Positions 27,645 through 39,802 of a DNA stretch of 64,000 bases are shown here, piece by piece (position 1 is the stretch's first letter; each line of letters opens with the position of its first letter). The notes beneath the pieces are model-generated. The model saw only the letters and a list, made by a program, of their open reading frames with translations, had not been told where the DNA came from and ran no database searches. Position numbers and translations under genes: made by a program. Source of the stretch: Podarcis tiliguerta (taxonomy: Eukaryota); assembly GCA_965153285.1 (NCBI GenBank), contig OZ229115.1, one strand, 5' to 3'.

Positions 27645-27772
27645 CAGGGATGCAGAACCCTCCAGATGTTTCTGAACTACCCATCAGCCCCAGCGCAGAA
27701 ATGGACAGTGGACAGGGATGATGGGTGTTGTATTTCAGCAACATCAGGAGGGCCAAAAGTTCTCCACCCCTG
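27645..27772. mobile_element. hAT-type MITE (same family as 617-752)
   Basis: CAGGG...CCCTG termini; perfect 8-bp TSD TTCTAACA. Confidence 0.85.
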
Positions 27773-29187
27773 TTCTAACAAAACCTACTTACACACAGTC
27801 CATGTTCAGTACTTCCTAACATTTCAAAAAGCTAGAATGAATTAAAGGAGCAGGTTTATTATTATTTTTAAGCTGATATTTCATGCACAGTAACTTGAGA
27901 TGGTGATGATGATTATATATTTATACCCTGCACTTTTCCCTCACAGGGATTGTGAAGGTCTAGGCGGGGAAACAAAATATTTGGAGGGGATACCCAGTTC
28001 CACACCAAAAAGCCTTACCCTGCCCCCTGAAGTGAAAAAATAGGCTTATGAAACATTTTCTTTTGGAATGGTGGATAGAGTTTTACTCCCCAAAATGATT
28101 TCTAAAAACTTCATAATAGGAAGACTATTATGTAAGACTTTGTACAGTACAAGATCCTTACAATATTATTCCTGTACACTTAGAATAAGCAGGTCATGAG
28201 TTGCACACTGAAAGCACAATTCTCAAATGCAAAAGCAAGTTGCATTGCTACCTCTGTGAGGCACTGCAATTGACATGTGAAAGATTCAGTTACTTTGCTT
28301 GTGGGCTTCCTCTTGTTGGCACAGTTGTTGGGTTTGTTTCTGTGCTCTTGCCTGGGCCTCAAAGGACTGTGGGTGTGAGTGGAGAAAGTAGAGGTTTTAG
28401 AAGTCTCTGATAAATATGATGACAGATATTAAGAAGAGGGAACTGATGGCAATAGCTCTGAAAATGAGACTGATTAAATTCCATGTAGTATCCATTGAGT
28501 CTTGGTCACCCTCTTTTCCCCTTTCAGTTCTTTTTATGGAATTGAGTGCTTTATGTCTGCTTGACACTGGAGGTCTGGAGGAGACAATAATATTCTTTGT
28601 CTTGCTATAATGTTGATGATTTATTCCCTCTGTATAGTGTTTTGCCTGCTCCTCATAAACTGGTAGAACCAAAGAGATGCTAGGCTCCTTACAGCCTTCT
28701 TGACCATTTGGCCCACTATTGGTCTCTTCTGCTGAACATATTGGAGCCAGTCTTTGCATACAGGGAAAGTCCTTAACTTACTGAGGATTTGAGATCCATT
28801 GGCCACCCTTACCTGCTTTAGCCAGCCAGTTGAAGCCATTTCCTGGAGTGTGCCACTGTCACATTCTGACAGCCTATAGGAGCCACAGGTGAGAGCTGAG
28901 TGCAGGGTAGGAACCAAATGTGGACAAACTTTCCCAGAAAGAGCTTTACAAGTCACCTGCCAGAGGTACTCCTCCTCCCCTAACACCCCTCAATCTGCAT
29001 AGTGCATTTAAAAAGTATTGCAAATGTTTCAGGGTCCCCAGAAATGTCTGTTTTGAGGTAGTGGTGGGAAAAACCCTGGGTTTTTAAATCATGGCTTCAA
29101 TTTTTCCAGAAAATTTACTTCTCTAGTTAGACCTTAGACTCCTTGGGAATCCTGAGAGTGCCATCCTAACCATTCCTATTCAGAAGT

Positions 29188-29537
29188 AAAGGTACCCTTG
29201 ACCATTAGGTCCAGTCGTGTACAACTCTGGGGTTGCAGCACTCATCTCGCTCTATAGGCCGAGGGAGCCAGTGTTTGTCTGCAGACAGCTTCCAGGTCAT
29301 GTGGCCAGCGTGACTAAGCCGCTTCTGGCAAAACCAGAGCAGCGTAAGGAAAGTCGTTTACCTTCCTGCTGGAGCAGTACCTATTTATCTACTTGCACTT
29401 TGATGTGCTTTCAACAGCCTATAGGAGCTGGAACCGAACAACGGGAGCTCACCCCGTTGTGGGGATTCAAACTGCCGACCTTCCGATTGGCAAGCCCTAG
29501 AGTCAGTGGTTTAGACCACAGCACCTCACGCGTCCTT
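29188..29537 (-). mobile_element. Sauria SINE, full length
   Basis: Typical AAAGGTACCC...GTTTACCTTCC...TACCTATTTATCTACTTGCACTT...CGCGTCC body; 12-bp TSD CTATTCAGAAGT (29176-29187 and 29538-29549). Confidence 0.9.
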
Positions 29538-30686
29538 CTATTCAGAAGTTAAGTCCTATTAAACACAGTGGGGCTTACTCAGATAATTGGGGCTAGGAGT
29601 GCAGCCCTGCTCTGCGTTCTGTTCTTTCTGCCTGCTTTCTGCTATTATCCTACAAATTCATTTTCACAGATGGGGGGGGGGGAGATCCTGCTGATAAGGA
29701 TAAGATCAGATACTCTTCACATGTGTGCAATTGTGCCTTAGATCCAGCTTGCCTTTTTTTATCCCCCTCCACACACACAAAAGGGACTCCAGCATGGGAT
29801 GGCAGGATTTCAAAGTGAAAGTGGAACAGCCCCTCTTAAATAAAGCTCCTGTTGAGAATTGTTCCCTTCCAAATGCTGTGGAACTGGTGCCTTTTCTGAT
29901 AAGAGGTGTGATGATGGGTGATTGATCTGTCATGTCTGTGTGTGCAGGATGTAGGTCTTTGAGGGAGCAAAGGATAATTGCATACAGAAAAGGGGGCGTA
30001 GGGGGTGCTGGTCTGGTGTGGTAAAGGTCTAGCTCCAGAGCTGGTATCTGAGTTGCTGTTGGAGAGATAAGACAGGCCCTGGTCCCTGGAAAGGGATGCA
30101 GTGCCTAACTTGGATCATTCCCCTCTTGATTCCTGTGTCTGCCCTCCCCAAAGCTCAAGGGACATCTGCCCTTCTTTCATTTCTGATGTTAAGGGCAGGA
30201 GGATATCAGTGCTGGCAAGTGGGAAGCCCTCTCCTTCCTTCTTAATAACCCCTTGTTGAGTGCCAGCCCTTCATCTCTTTTGTTTTTGTTTCTTTGGCTG
30301 GGCTGCTTCTTGCCCATTTGCCAACATTTCTTTATAGGGGGAGATAGAATGTCAGGAGAGTTATTAGATTGAAAAAGCTCATCTACTTAGACTGGAATCA
30401 ATGCCATAGTGTAAGCATGCATAGTCATTCTGCAGGTTGTGGGTGATGGTAGTGATAGGATGGCCACCCTTTCCCCATGAAACATGCCCAAAATTTGTGG
30501 GGAAGACAGAAGGGGTAGTACTTGCTTGCCTTTAACACACTGTGCTCTTATGAGAGTGTTTGGAGGGTGCTGCTGGTAGGGAAGGTGTATTTGCTGACCC
30601 CTCCATCTTTCCCAAACAGGCTTGGTGCCTGGGCCAGAGCCCCCTACACTGTGCCCCCCTGATGCTGGCTGGCCTGTGCCCAGAAG

Positions 30687-30996
30687 ATGAGCAGATTGCT
30701 GGTGGGAGTGACCCTGGAGAGGATCTGCAAAGCTGTGCTGCTCTTATGTTTACTGCACTTCCTCATCATCATGATCCTCTACTTTGATGTCTATGCCCAG
30801 CGCCTGGACTTTTTCAGCCGCTTCAATATGCGCAACTCCTCCCGCACTCTGCCCTACGTCAACGTCTCTCGGCCTAACGGGACCGCCGGGCCTCTGGGCC
30901 CTGAGCTCCTGGCCCCGAGTGTGAAGTCCGTCAGTATGAACAGCACTGTCACCGAGAAGCCCTTACCACCTTGCCCAGAGATGCCTCCTGGCCTAG
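30687..30996 (+). CDS. B4GALT2: B4GALT2 coding exon 1 (cytoplasmic tail, TM, stem); exon starts at 30620
   Basis: MSRLLVGVTLERICKAVLLLCLLHFL...PPCPEMPPGL; donor GTAAGA. Confidence 0.96.
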
Positions 30997-31767
30997 GTAA
31001 GATTACAGACGAGCTCTGTCTGCCTCATGCCGTGTCCTACAGAAGGCCCTTTAGTGGGGAAACTGTATTGCAGTTATTGGGTTTATTTGTGCCCTGCTTG
31101 CCACCTGCTGTTTCCCTGTCAATGCAAATATGTCAAGTGGCTTTGGCTCCTGATAATAGGAACTAGAAGATCTAGGAATCTGCAGAACAGGCATGGTATT
31201 GCAAATCATAGGCTCCAATAGCCTCCACCATTGGAGCCAATCCTGCAGTGGAAAAGCAGTTGGGAATATGTGGACAGTATTTGTTGAAAGCTGGCAAACT
31301 GAATAGCGTTCTTAGTATATTTACAGTGATCAGATAGCGGACTTATTATTTCCTTTTTTGCCATGGCAACTCCTTGTCTCTTTCCCAGCCCCACTGTACC
31401 TAGCTGGTGCCTTTCTGCAAGTGGGCTACAAGTAATTGGGGAAAGGGCTCAGCTTCTGCACAGACATGGCTTAGTAGGGGCTACAAGGGTTAGCTCCTTC
31501 TTATGCTGATCTCTTCGAATGAATGATGCATGAAGTAGACCAGCTTTCACTCACCTGATGCCCTCCAGATGTATTGGACTACAACATGGTTGCTGCTGCT
31601 GAAACTTGTAGCGCAAAAACATCAGGAGAGCACCTGGTTGGTGAAGACCAAAGTAGACCATCTCCTCACCCTAGGGGGTAAAACATTTAAGGCATAGAGA
31701 ACTTAATACCCTTATTCCTGACAGGTGGATAAAGAGTTGAAGCACAAGCTTTGGTATTGATATTTAA

Positions 31768-32124
31768 GGTAAAGGTACCCCTGCCCGTATGGGCCAGTCT
31801 TGACAGACTCTAGGGTTGTGCGCCCATCTCACTCAAAGAGGCCGGGGGCCAGCGCTGTCCGAAGACACTTCCGGGTCACGTGGCCAGCGTGACATCGCTG
31901 CTCTGGCGAGCCAGAGCCGCACATGGAAACGCCGTTTACCTTCCCGCTATAAAGCGGTACCTATTTATCTACTTGCACTTTAAGGGTGCTTTCGAACTGC
32001 TAGGTTGGCAGGCGCTGGGACCGAACAACGGGAGCGTACCCCGCCACGGGGATTTGAACCGCTGACCTTTCGATCGGCAAGCCCTAGGCGCTGAGGCTTT
32101 AACCCACAGCGCCACCCACGTCCC
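31768..32124 (-). mobile_element. Sauria SINE, full length, young (CpG-rich) and of a different subfamily
   Basis: Same core as 29188-29537 but a different 3' part; perfect 12-bp TSD ATTGATATTTAA (31756-31767 and 32125-32136). Confidence 0.92.
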
Positions 32125-32407
32125 ATTGATATTTAACTGGGGCTAAAACTTTTATTAAACAATGCAATCTGCAACGAGCAACAACCTTTCCTGTTAACTC
32201 TGAATCACTTAGCTGGGTATTCGAGTTAACTCTGCTTTGACTGTTTGCTGTCTCTGTGCTTGATACATGTTTTGGTTTTTTGGTTTCTTTGCTGATTTTT
32301 TTCTGGGCAGTGCCCCGCCAACTTGGCTAGTGAAAGGGACATGAGCTGTTTGTGTAAGTCAAGAGGCTGTGGCTGATGCATAGATAATGGAGTCCTTTCT
32401 CCTGCAG

Positions 32408-32643
32408 TGGGCCGGCTCCTTATCGAGTTCAGCACTCCCATGAGCATGGAGCGGGTGCAACGGGAAAACCCAGATGTGCGGGAGGGTGGCAAGTATTCTC
32501 CCCCAGACTGTGTGCCTCGCCAGAAGGTGGCCATCCTCATTCCGTTCCGGCACCGGGAGCACCACCTCAAGTACTGGCTGCACTACTTGCACCCGATTCT
32601 ACGGCGCCAGAAGGTGTCTTACGGCATCTATATAATTAACCAG
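32408..32643 (+). CDS. B4GALT2: B4GALT2 coding exon 2
   Basis: VGRLLIEF...PFRHREHHLKYWLHYLHPIL...IINQ; 236 nt; AG/GT boundaries. Confidence 0.97.
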
Positions 32644-33200
32644 GTGCGTAGAAAATGATAATGTGGGGGCAGTGGTGCAGTTGGGTCATTGAGCATTCTG
32701 GACTGAATGGTTTCATGGATATCCCTTTCAGATGGTAATGTGCATTACTTCAAAATATGGTGTTCCAGCCCTGCTGTCCTCCAAAGCAGAAGGAGTAGGG
32801 CCTGGATATCTGACCCAAAGTTCTGTCCTAATGGCACCACTGATGCGGAAGAGAGCAAGATGGTTGGATTTAGAACATAGTGCCATCCGGTTCCCTTGAG
32901 AGGAACCTGATTAGGGAAAGCGGTATGTTAGTTTTCATGAATATATGCCTCTCTGTTCTGATTGGAAGCAAAGGCTTCCTGCTTTGTGGGGGAAGCAGAG
33001 TGTGGGCCTTACAATGCACCATGAACTTTGCACCTATGGTAAGTGTGGAATGTGATGTAGATGCTTCTCACTTGCTTCTCGTTTAAAATGACGATAAACC
33101 TGAAATACAGTTGATGGGGCTTTGCAAGATCTATAAAGTGAGATAGAACAGTTCTAGAAAAGAAAAAAAAAATAGAATGTTATTCACAATGAAATGTAAC

Positions 33201-33449
33201 AAGAGCCAGTGTGGTTTAGTGGTTAAGAGCGGTAGACTCGTAATCTGGGGAACCGGGTTCGCGTCTCCGCTCCTGCACATGCAGCTGCTGGGTGACCTTG
33301 GGCCAGTCACACTTCTCTGAAGTCTCTCAGCCCCACTCACCTCACAGAGTGTTTGTTGTGGGGGAGGAAGGGAAAGGAGATTGTTAGCCGCTTTGAGACT
33401 CCTTTGGGTAGTGATAAAGCGGGATATCAAATCCAAACTCCTCCTCCTC
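33201..33449 (+). mobile_element. Squam3-like tRNA/MIR-derived SINE
   Basis: A box TGGTTTAGTGG, B box GGTTCGCGTCTCC, core GGGTGACCTTGGGCCAGTCAC, (CTC)n tail. Confidence 0.85.
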
Positions 33450-33541
33450 AAGAGAGAGGGCGGCCAGCTGCATCAGGTAAGAAAGAGTAAGAGGGTCGTG
33501 GCAGTTGATGTGACCCCGCCCTTCATTATCTTTCCATACAG

Positions 33542-33732
33542 TTTGGTGAAGACACCTTTAACCGAGCTAAGCTGTTGAATGTGGGCTTCCTAGAAGCCCT
33601 TCGAGATGATGAGAGCTATGACTGCTTCATCTTCAGCGACGTTGACCTGGTGCCCATGGATGACCGGAATCTCTATCGCTGTTATGACCAACCCCGGCAC
33701 TTTGCTGTTGCCATGGATAAGTTTGGCTTCCG
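33542..33732 (+). CDS. B4GALT2: B4GALT2 coding exon 3 (DVD motif)
   Basis: FGEDTFNRAKLLNVGF...FSDVDLVPMDDRN...DKFGF; 191 nt. Confidence 0.97.
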
Positions 33733-35365
33733 GTGAGTTTGTGCACTTTGATCTTTTTTGAGATGCCAGTGGCCCCTTGAAATTGTTCAGAGTGTCAGAG
33801 GCAAAATGGAAGGAGGAATATATGACTTTATTGCACACATATGTGCTCTCATTCTGTGTTGGCTTGGACCTTGTGGGGACCTGCAAGCTGTGAAATGTGT
33901 TTCTTATCTAGATTGCAGTACAGGAACCTCCCCCATTCTTAAGACTACCATGTCCCATTTCTTCATAATTTGCAGGGTTTTTGTACTTAAAAGTGGGAAT
34001 ATACAACAGCTTTGGATCAATCCCCAGCCAAAGCAGGGTGCTTTGCAGGGATTCTGGGATGGTCCGAGACAAAGTGGAACCTCTTCAGGGATCCAGAGAC
34101 AAAATGGGGATTTCCCAAAGTGCCTCATGGCACCGTGACAACTCTGACAATTGTCTGCTGAAACCAAAACTAATGTAGCTAACTTTAGCAGAAGGGGTGT
34201 GGAATGGCTGAAGTAGAAAAGTAGAACAAATGCCAGGGTAATTGGGGGGGGGTGAATTCTGCTGTGACTGACAGGTCAAGCTTGTAGCCAGAGGGAATGA
34301 GTTCACCTGGAGTCTTCAACCCCAGTGCTTTGTGGGGAGGAAAGGAAATCCCTTTTAGTTCTGTCCCCTGAACCCCAAGATCAACTTTAAAAGTCCCTAG
34401 TTCACAAAAATTGAACCAATTTGTCTGCCATTGGCAAGTTTCATACCTAGGGAAACTTCTTTCATGTCTGCTTTCCGAACAATTGCCCTCAAAAGACATG
34501 GGAAGTTTAAGTGGACACTTTTTACCCCTCCCAAACTGTGAAGGCTGTCCTTGTGGGAAAACCAATGAAGCTATCGTTCAGAAATTTGACAGGATTCATC
34601 TTTCTTGGAGACTCTGATGCCTGCAAATTTCATCCAATAGTGGGGGAGGGGGAAAGGTTTCCTTAGAAAAATAACCATCAAATTTCAAAGGTACCTGACA
34701 GAAAAAATCCCCACCCTGGAATTATTTGGCTGGCTGAATCTGCTGTGGAGCGGCTAATGTGCCTGCAAATTTTATCCACTGTAAAAAGGGGGAAAGGTAT
34801 AGCTTAAAAAACAACAACAACCCAATAGTGAATGAGGGGAAATGAAATCTTGTTTTTCCCCAACTCAGAAGCACTTGGGACTTAGGCATGTTGTTTTCTG
34901 AAGTACTGACTCAAGGTCCAAACTGAATCTTCTGTTTGGTGCACACCCCTAATTTAAACTTTGCTGCCTCTTATATTAGATGAAATGCTCCAGGGAAGTC
35001 CTTGTGATACTACATTATGGAATGGGCGCTTGCAAAACCTATATGAAGGTGATGTAAACAAGCAGACAGGATGCCCACGTGAATGTTCTGTGTTGCCTAT
35101 ATTCTTACCTGCCAAACATGGCAAAAGGAGATGGAGGAGGTATAGTGTGTATAAAATGGAATCCTGCATTCCAGCTAAGGAGAAGGGAAATGGGAAGGAT
35201 TTAGGAGAGACCTGATGCAGTGGGAGCAATGGGTTGCCATCACATGGCTGATTTGGAAACTGGGATTTAGACTGTGTCAGGTGTAGCTTGGACCACCCAG
35301 GTTCTGTGCTCCTGAACCCATTCGTGGCTTGACTGATTCCCATCTCTCCTGCTTGTCCTCTGCAG

Positions 35366-35488
35366 GCTGCCATACTCTGGCTACTTCGGAGGTGTCTCTG
35401 GCCTGAGCAAGACACAGTTTCTGAAGATCAATGGCTTCCCTAACGAGTACTGGGGCTGGGGTGGGGAAGATGACGACATCTTTAACCG
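35366..35488 (+). CDS. B4GALT2: B4GALT2 coding exon 4 (WGWGGEDDD)
   Basis: LPYSGYFGGVSGLSK...WGWGGEDDDIFN; 123 nt. Confidence 0.97.
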
Positions 35489-35897
35489 GTGCGTGAGAGG
35501 CTGGGCCAAGCCTAGCCAGAACTTGTTCTCTGCAAGTTGGTTGTAGTAGCCATGTAGTCTGTTTTTCCATGTGGTGTCTCCTGGGAATGTGCTGAGTGGC
35601 AGGGAACAGCATTCTCTTCTGGGGTGGGGTAGCTGTGCAAATGGCAGGTGGCAATATGCAACACCTGCCTTTTCTATAACAATGCTCCCAAATCTGAGAG
35701 AGGAGGACATAGGCAGGTAGGTATTCCACAGCACATAACAATCAGGGCCAAATAGCAGGCCTGGGGAGCCAATACTCTGAAAGCCAGAAGGGGTTGGGGG
35801 TGCTGAGGACTGGAGGGTGAGGACTAACTCCTGCTTTATTTAGAGTTTGCCCCCGACCTGTCTGCTGATCTTTGAGCTGCACTTTTTCTTTGCACAG

Positions 35898-36002
35898 GAT
35901 CTCGCTTAATGGCATGAAAGTGTCACGTCCTGATGCCCGCATTGGGCGCTACCGCATGATCAAGCACGAGCGTGACCGACACAATGAGCCCAATCCCCAG
36001 CG
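35898..36002 (+). CDS. B4GALT2: B4GALT2 coding exon 5
   Basis: ISLNGMKVSRPDARIGRYRMIKHERDRHNEPNPQ; 105 nt. Confidence 0.97.
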
Positions 36003-36190
36003 GTGAGAAAGACAATGTGCTTGCTAGCTCCCTACCTAGTCCATTGCAAGCTACATAAGGAGATGGAAAGCTCCCACAAAATTTCTGCACCATTTTCCAG
36101 GGCACATAATGGCTTTCCATCCTGATTTCCAATGGAAAATAATCTTCCAGAAGCCTCTTCCCTTTTATAGCATACTACTCTGCACCTCGA

Positions 36191-36409
36191 GGGACGCTGG
36201 TGGCTCTGTGGGTTAAACCACAGAGCCTAGGACTTGCTGATCAGAAGGTTGGCGGTTCAAATCCCCACGACGGGGTGAGCTCCTGTTGCTTGGTTCCTGC
36301 TCCTGCCAACCTAGCAGTTCGAAAGCACGTCAAAGTGCAAGTAGATGAATAGGTACCGCTCCGGCGGGAAGGTAAACGGCATTTCCGTGCACTGCTCTGG
36401 TTCGCCAGA
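36191..36409 (+). mobile_element. Sauria SINE, 5' part only
   Basis: GGGACGCTGGTGGCTCTGTGGGTTAAACCACAGAGCCTAGG head; reverse complement of the copies at 29.2 and 31.8 kb; 3' part missing. Confidence 0.88.
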
Positions 36410-37118
36410 GAATGACCATGAGACAAACCAAGATAGCCTACAAGTCCTTAGCCTTCCCCCAGAGAGTGTTTTCTATTACTGCGTGTGCGTTCCTCTCTTT
36501 CTGACCTACCCCCCATTTTAATTCCACTCTCTGCCTCTTACTTCTAAGAGACACAGACATGAATCAGAGTCCCAACCATGCACCAGGTTCTGCTATGTTC
36601 TGCTAGTTTTAGGCAAGAAAAGAGAGAGAGACTCCTGTCCTGTGCCCTACCATTTATTGTCTGGAACCAGAGAAAAGCCACAGCTGGCATGGTTTCAGGG
36701 CAATACACTAAACCGTATTTCATGAGACCCTGACATTCCACTTGAGAAGGTTGTGTGGTGGTAGTAATCACCTATCATGAGAACTAAATGCAGTCACCAT
36801 CCATGGCCCTCCCGGATCCTATGACGCCATCACACTTTGCAACCTTGCTATATCATTTGACAGGGACTGTTGTTTTACAGCTGAGCTCTGGGTGGAGAAG
36901 CTCACTCTGTTACTTGGGACTTTCAACCTGGAAGGGCTGTGCATGGTGACTGTCCGTTCATGTGTTCAGAAGACACAATTTCATTTCGGAAGTCCCACAG
37001 TGCTTTGTATGCTGGAAATCTGACATAAGAAATTGCTTTATTGTGCGTGGATAATGTCACGTAAGGCTCTACCCAAAATCCTTCCAAGTGGCCTGAGCTG
37101 TCATTAGACTCTCTATTC

Positions 37119-37254
37119 CAGGCTTCCTCAAACTCAGCCCTACAGATGTTTTTGGCCTACAACTCCCATGATCCCTAGCTAGCAGGACCAGTGGTCAGGG
37201 ATGATGGGAATTGTAGTCTCGAAACATCTGGAGGGCCAAGGTTGAGGAAGCCTG
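37119..37254. mobile_element. hAT-type MITE
   Basis: TIR CAGGCTTCCTCAA / TTGAGGAAGCCTG; perfect 8-bp TSD CTCTATTC. Confidence 0.9.
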
Positions 37255-37356
37255 CTCTATTCCATTCATCAAGGAATGGCTTGTAGGTTTAACTTGAATT
37301 AACCTAACTGCCTACTTTCATGTGTAAGATGAGTTTTTCTCTGGTTCTCCTGGCAG

Positions 37357-37507
37357 GTTCACCAAAATCCAGAATACCAAGGTGACCATGAAACGCGATG
37401 GCATTGGCTCGCTTCAGTACCGCCTGGTGGAGGTGGTTCGTCGTCCCATGTACACCAATGTAACCGTGGAGATTGGCCGCCCACCACCACGCCCCCCTCG
37501 GGGCTGA
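37357..37507 (+). CDS. B4GALT2: B4GALT2 last coding exon
   Basis: FTKIQNTKVTMKRDGIGSL...GRPPPRPPRG then TGA. Confidence 0.97.
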
Positions 37508-38884
37508 CTCTTTGCTGCCTGGCTCTGCCCATGGCCCCATGCATGAGGAGCTGTGCGGATCCCAGCCCTGACTGGTTCAGAGGACTGTGTCCTGGCTTGG
37601 AGGAGCTGTCTGCCTCCTTTGTGGGGATGCGGGAAAGGCCAAGACTACACCTTCGCCTTGCCCCAGCCTTTGGCTGAAGCCCATCTCCTGATCACTAGTC
37701 AGTTCTCCACAGTGCCCTTCACAGGTTGGGGAGGAAGTGCGAGTGTGTCATGGTGCCTGGCGCAGCGCTTAGGGGTCCTGGGCACAGCCAAGCCCCACTC
37801 CTGGCTGGAAGGCACTGAGGGCAGAGAAACCTTGTGCAGGTTCTTGAACCTCCCTATCCTCTCCCAGAACTTTTCACAGAGCGGCATCCCTTAAGGATCC
37901 CGGAAGTACAGTACAGGTAGTTGTTTTCCTTTCCTCTCAGTGTGCAAGAGTGCCGTTTGAGCCTTCCTTCCAGGGGGTGGCCTGGCCTTACGACAAATGC
38001 CAGCTCGCAAGGTGTCCAGGTGGTTCACTCGTGCCCAGCTGAGGAGAAGCTCTTCCAAAGGAGAAGCTCTCATGGGCCTGGCCACTGCCCACCTCCATTC
38101 ATGGCTTGGTGCTGTCCCCCTGCTGGGCCCTGGGTGTCACTTCTGGCTCCAGTAACACAGGGGCGTTTTATACAAAACCCTCATTAGAATACTTGAGTGC
38201 TTCCTGGGTTAGTGTGACAGGTAGCCTGTCTGTCAAGGGACAACAGGTCATTCTTCCTAGCAGTGTTTGCTCTTCTGTCTGTGAATGGGGAATATTGGTT
38301 GGGCAGTGTGTGCTTCACTTCTCAGCAAGGATGGAATCAAAATGGCATGGTTTGGCCTACTCTCTGGTGTGGGCTGGCTTCTCTTTTTTACAGGCACCAA
38401 TGGGCCTATGGCCATGGCTACAGAACAGAGGAAGGTGAAGTTAGCTTCTTGCTGCCTGTCCCCTACCTCTCACCTCCAACCCACTTACCCCATACCAACC
38501 CTCACTCACCAATCAACCTTCCCGCCATCTGCCAGGCAACCTGCCGTTGACCACTCATCGTGCCCTCTTTGTCAAGCTGCCATCTGCCACCACCTGAGGC
38601 CAGGCCCCTGGGTCCGACCGTCTGCTCATGACACATGGTGGCCGTGTGCCTAATACCTGGAGCTAGGAAGCTGCTGGTGTCCCTCATCTCTGGTTATGGT
38701 GCCTGGCAGGTAGAATCTCCTGCGCCGGTCCACTTTGGGATGGCAGCTGGGCCAGGCTTGAAGCCAGGCACCAGTGTGTTGCGCAGCCCAGGTGTTGGTG
38801 ACTTTTGTACATTTGAATGTTTTGATCCCTTTTCAAGCCTATGGTGAATGCAGCACTGGTCACTACGATCAGACTTTTGTATTC

Positions 38885-38890
38885 AATAAA
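38885..38890 (+). terminator. Probable B4GALT2 polyadenylation signal
   Basis: AATAAA about 1.4 kb after the stop, preceded by TTTTGTA. Confidence 0.75.
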
Positions 38891-39143
38891 GTTTCAAAAC
38901 TTGGGAGACTCCTTGCCTATGGGATTCAGGTGGGGTCTGTGGATAGAGGTAACACTGCAGGTTTATGCAATCTATCTTGGCAAGGTACAAAATTAAGAAT
39001 TAAATTCGTTTCCAAATGAATGGCACCTCATTGTGCTTCCCCACCAAGTTTGTTTAAAGCAGGGAGTGGGTTTTCTGGCCCAGGAAACTCTGGGCGTAGT
39101 TACTCAGCCCAGAAGACAAGAGAGAACTCTTCTACAAGGTTCT

Positions 39144-39149
39144 TTTATT
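39144..39149 (-). terminator. Probable polyadenylation signal of the VWC gene
   Basis: TTTATT on + (AATAAA on -), about 470 nt past the stop. Confidence 0.65.
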
Positions 39150-39617
39150 GATGCTCACACACAGAGAAAAACTGTTAAATAGTAGCAAAAGATGCTATGT
39201 TTAGTTGAAGTTGGAGTGGGAATGTGGTGGTGGTTGGTGGGTGATTCCCTAAATCAAATGGGGAACCTCTAGCTTTCAAGATGTGGCTAAATTATTTCTA
39301 ACCATTAGCCATGCTGGCTACAGCTGATGGGAGCTGGGAATCCAACTATATCTGAATGGCCACAGGTTGCCCACCCATCCTAAATAAAATGGGCTTTCTC
39401 ATATGAGCTACTCCCCTGTGTAATAACTCTAGACATTGTCAAGGGAAAGGGGGTAGACCTGGAAAGGGGTCTGGGACTGGCAATTGCTTATGTGTATGGT
39501 TGAAGGAGTTGGGCCAGGGCTGGGTGTAAGGGCACACTAAGGCTTGTCTGGATAAGCAGAAGCCTTGCAGGTGCTGAAGAATGGCTGGCCCAGGAATTGT
39601 TTGGTGTTTGGAGCAGC

Positions 39618-39802
39618 TCAGGTGTGATGTGCACCTGTAGCCCGGCATCCCCGTAGCCGCTCGCATTTAGCTAAGCGGTTTCCTTCCCAGTAACCGGCGT
39701 CCTGGCCATCATGACAGCGGCAACGGGTGCAGGGCCCCACCCATATGCTCTCCCCAGCAGGAATTACGCGTCGCTGGCTCCCATCCACGTAGCAGTTGGG
39801 CC
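39618..39802 (-). CDS. VWC2-like gene coding exon 3
   Basis: GPNCYVDGSQRRVIPAGESIWVGPCTRCRCHDG...CERLRGCRATGAHHT then TGA; acceptor CTCCACAG. Confidence 0.92.

Larger units (their letters stand above)
30687..37507 (+). other. B4GALT2: Gene model: beta-1,4-galactosyltransferase 2 (371 aa), 6 coding exons
   Basis: join(30687-30996,32408-32643,33542-33732,35366-35488,35898-36002,37357-37507) = 1116 nt; type II TM anchor, PFRHR, FNRAKLLNVG, DVD and WGWGGEDDD motifs; MSRLL N-terminus and PPRG C-terminus as in B4GALT2. Confidence 0.97.
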
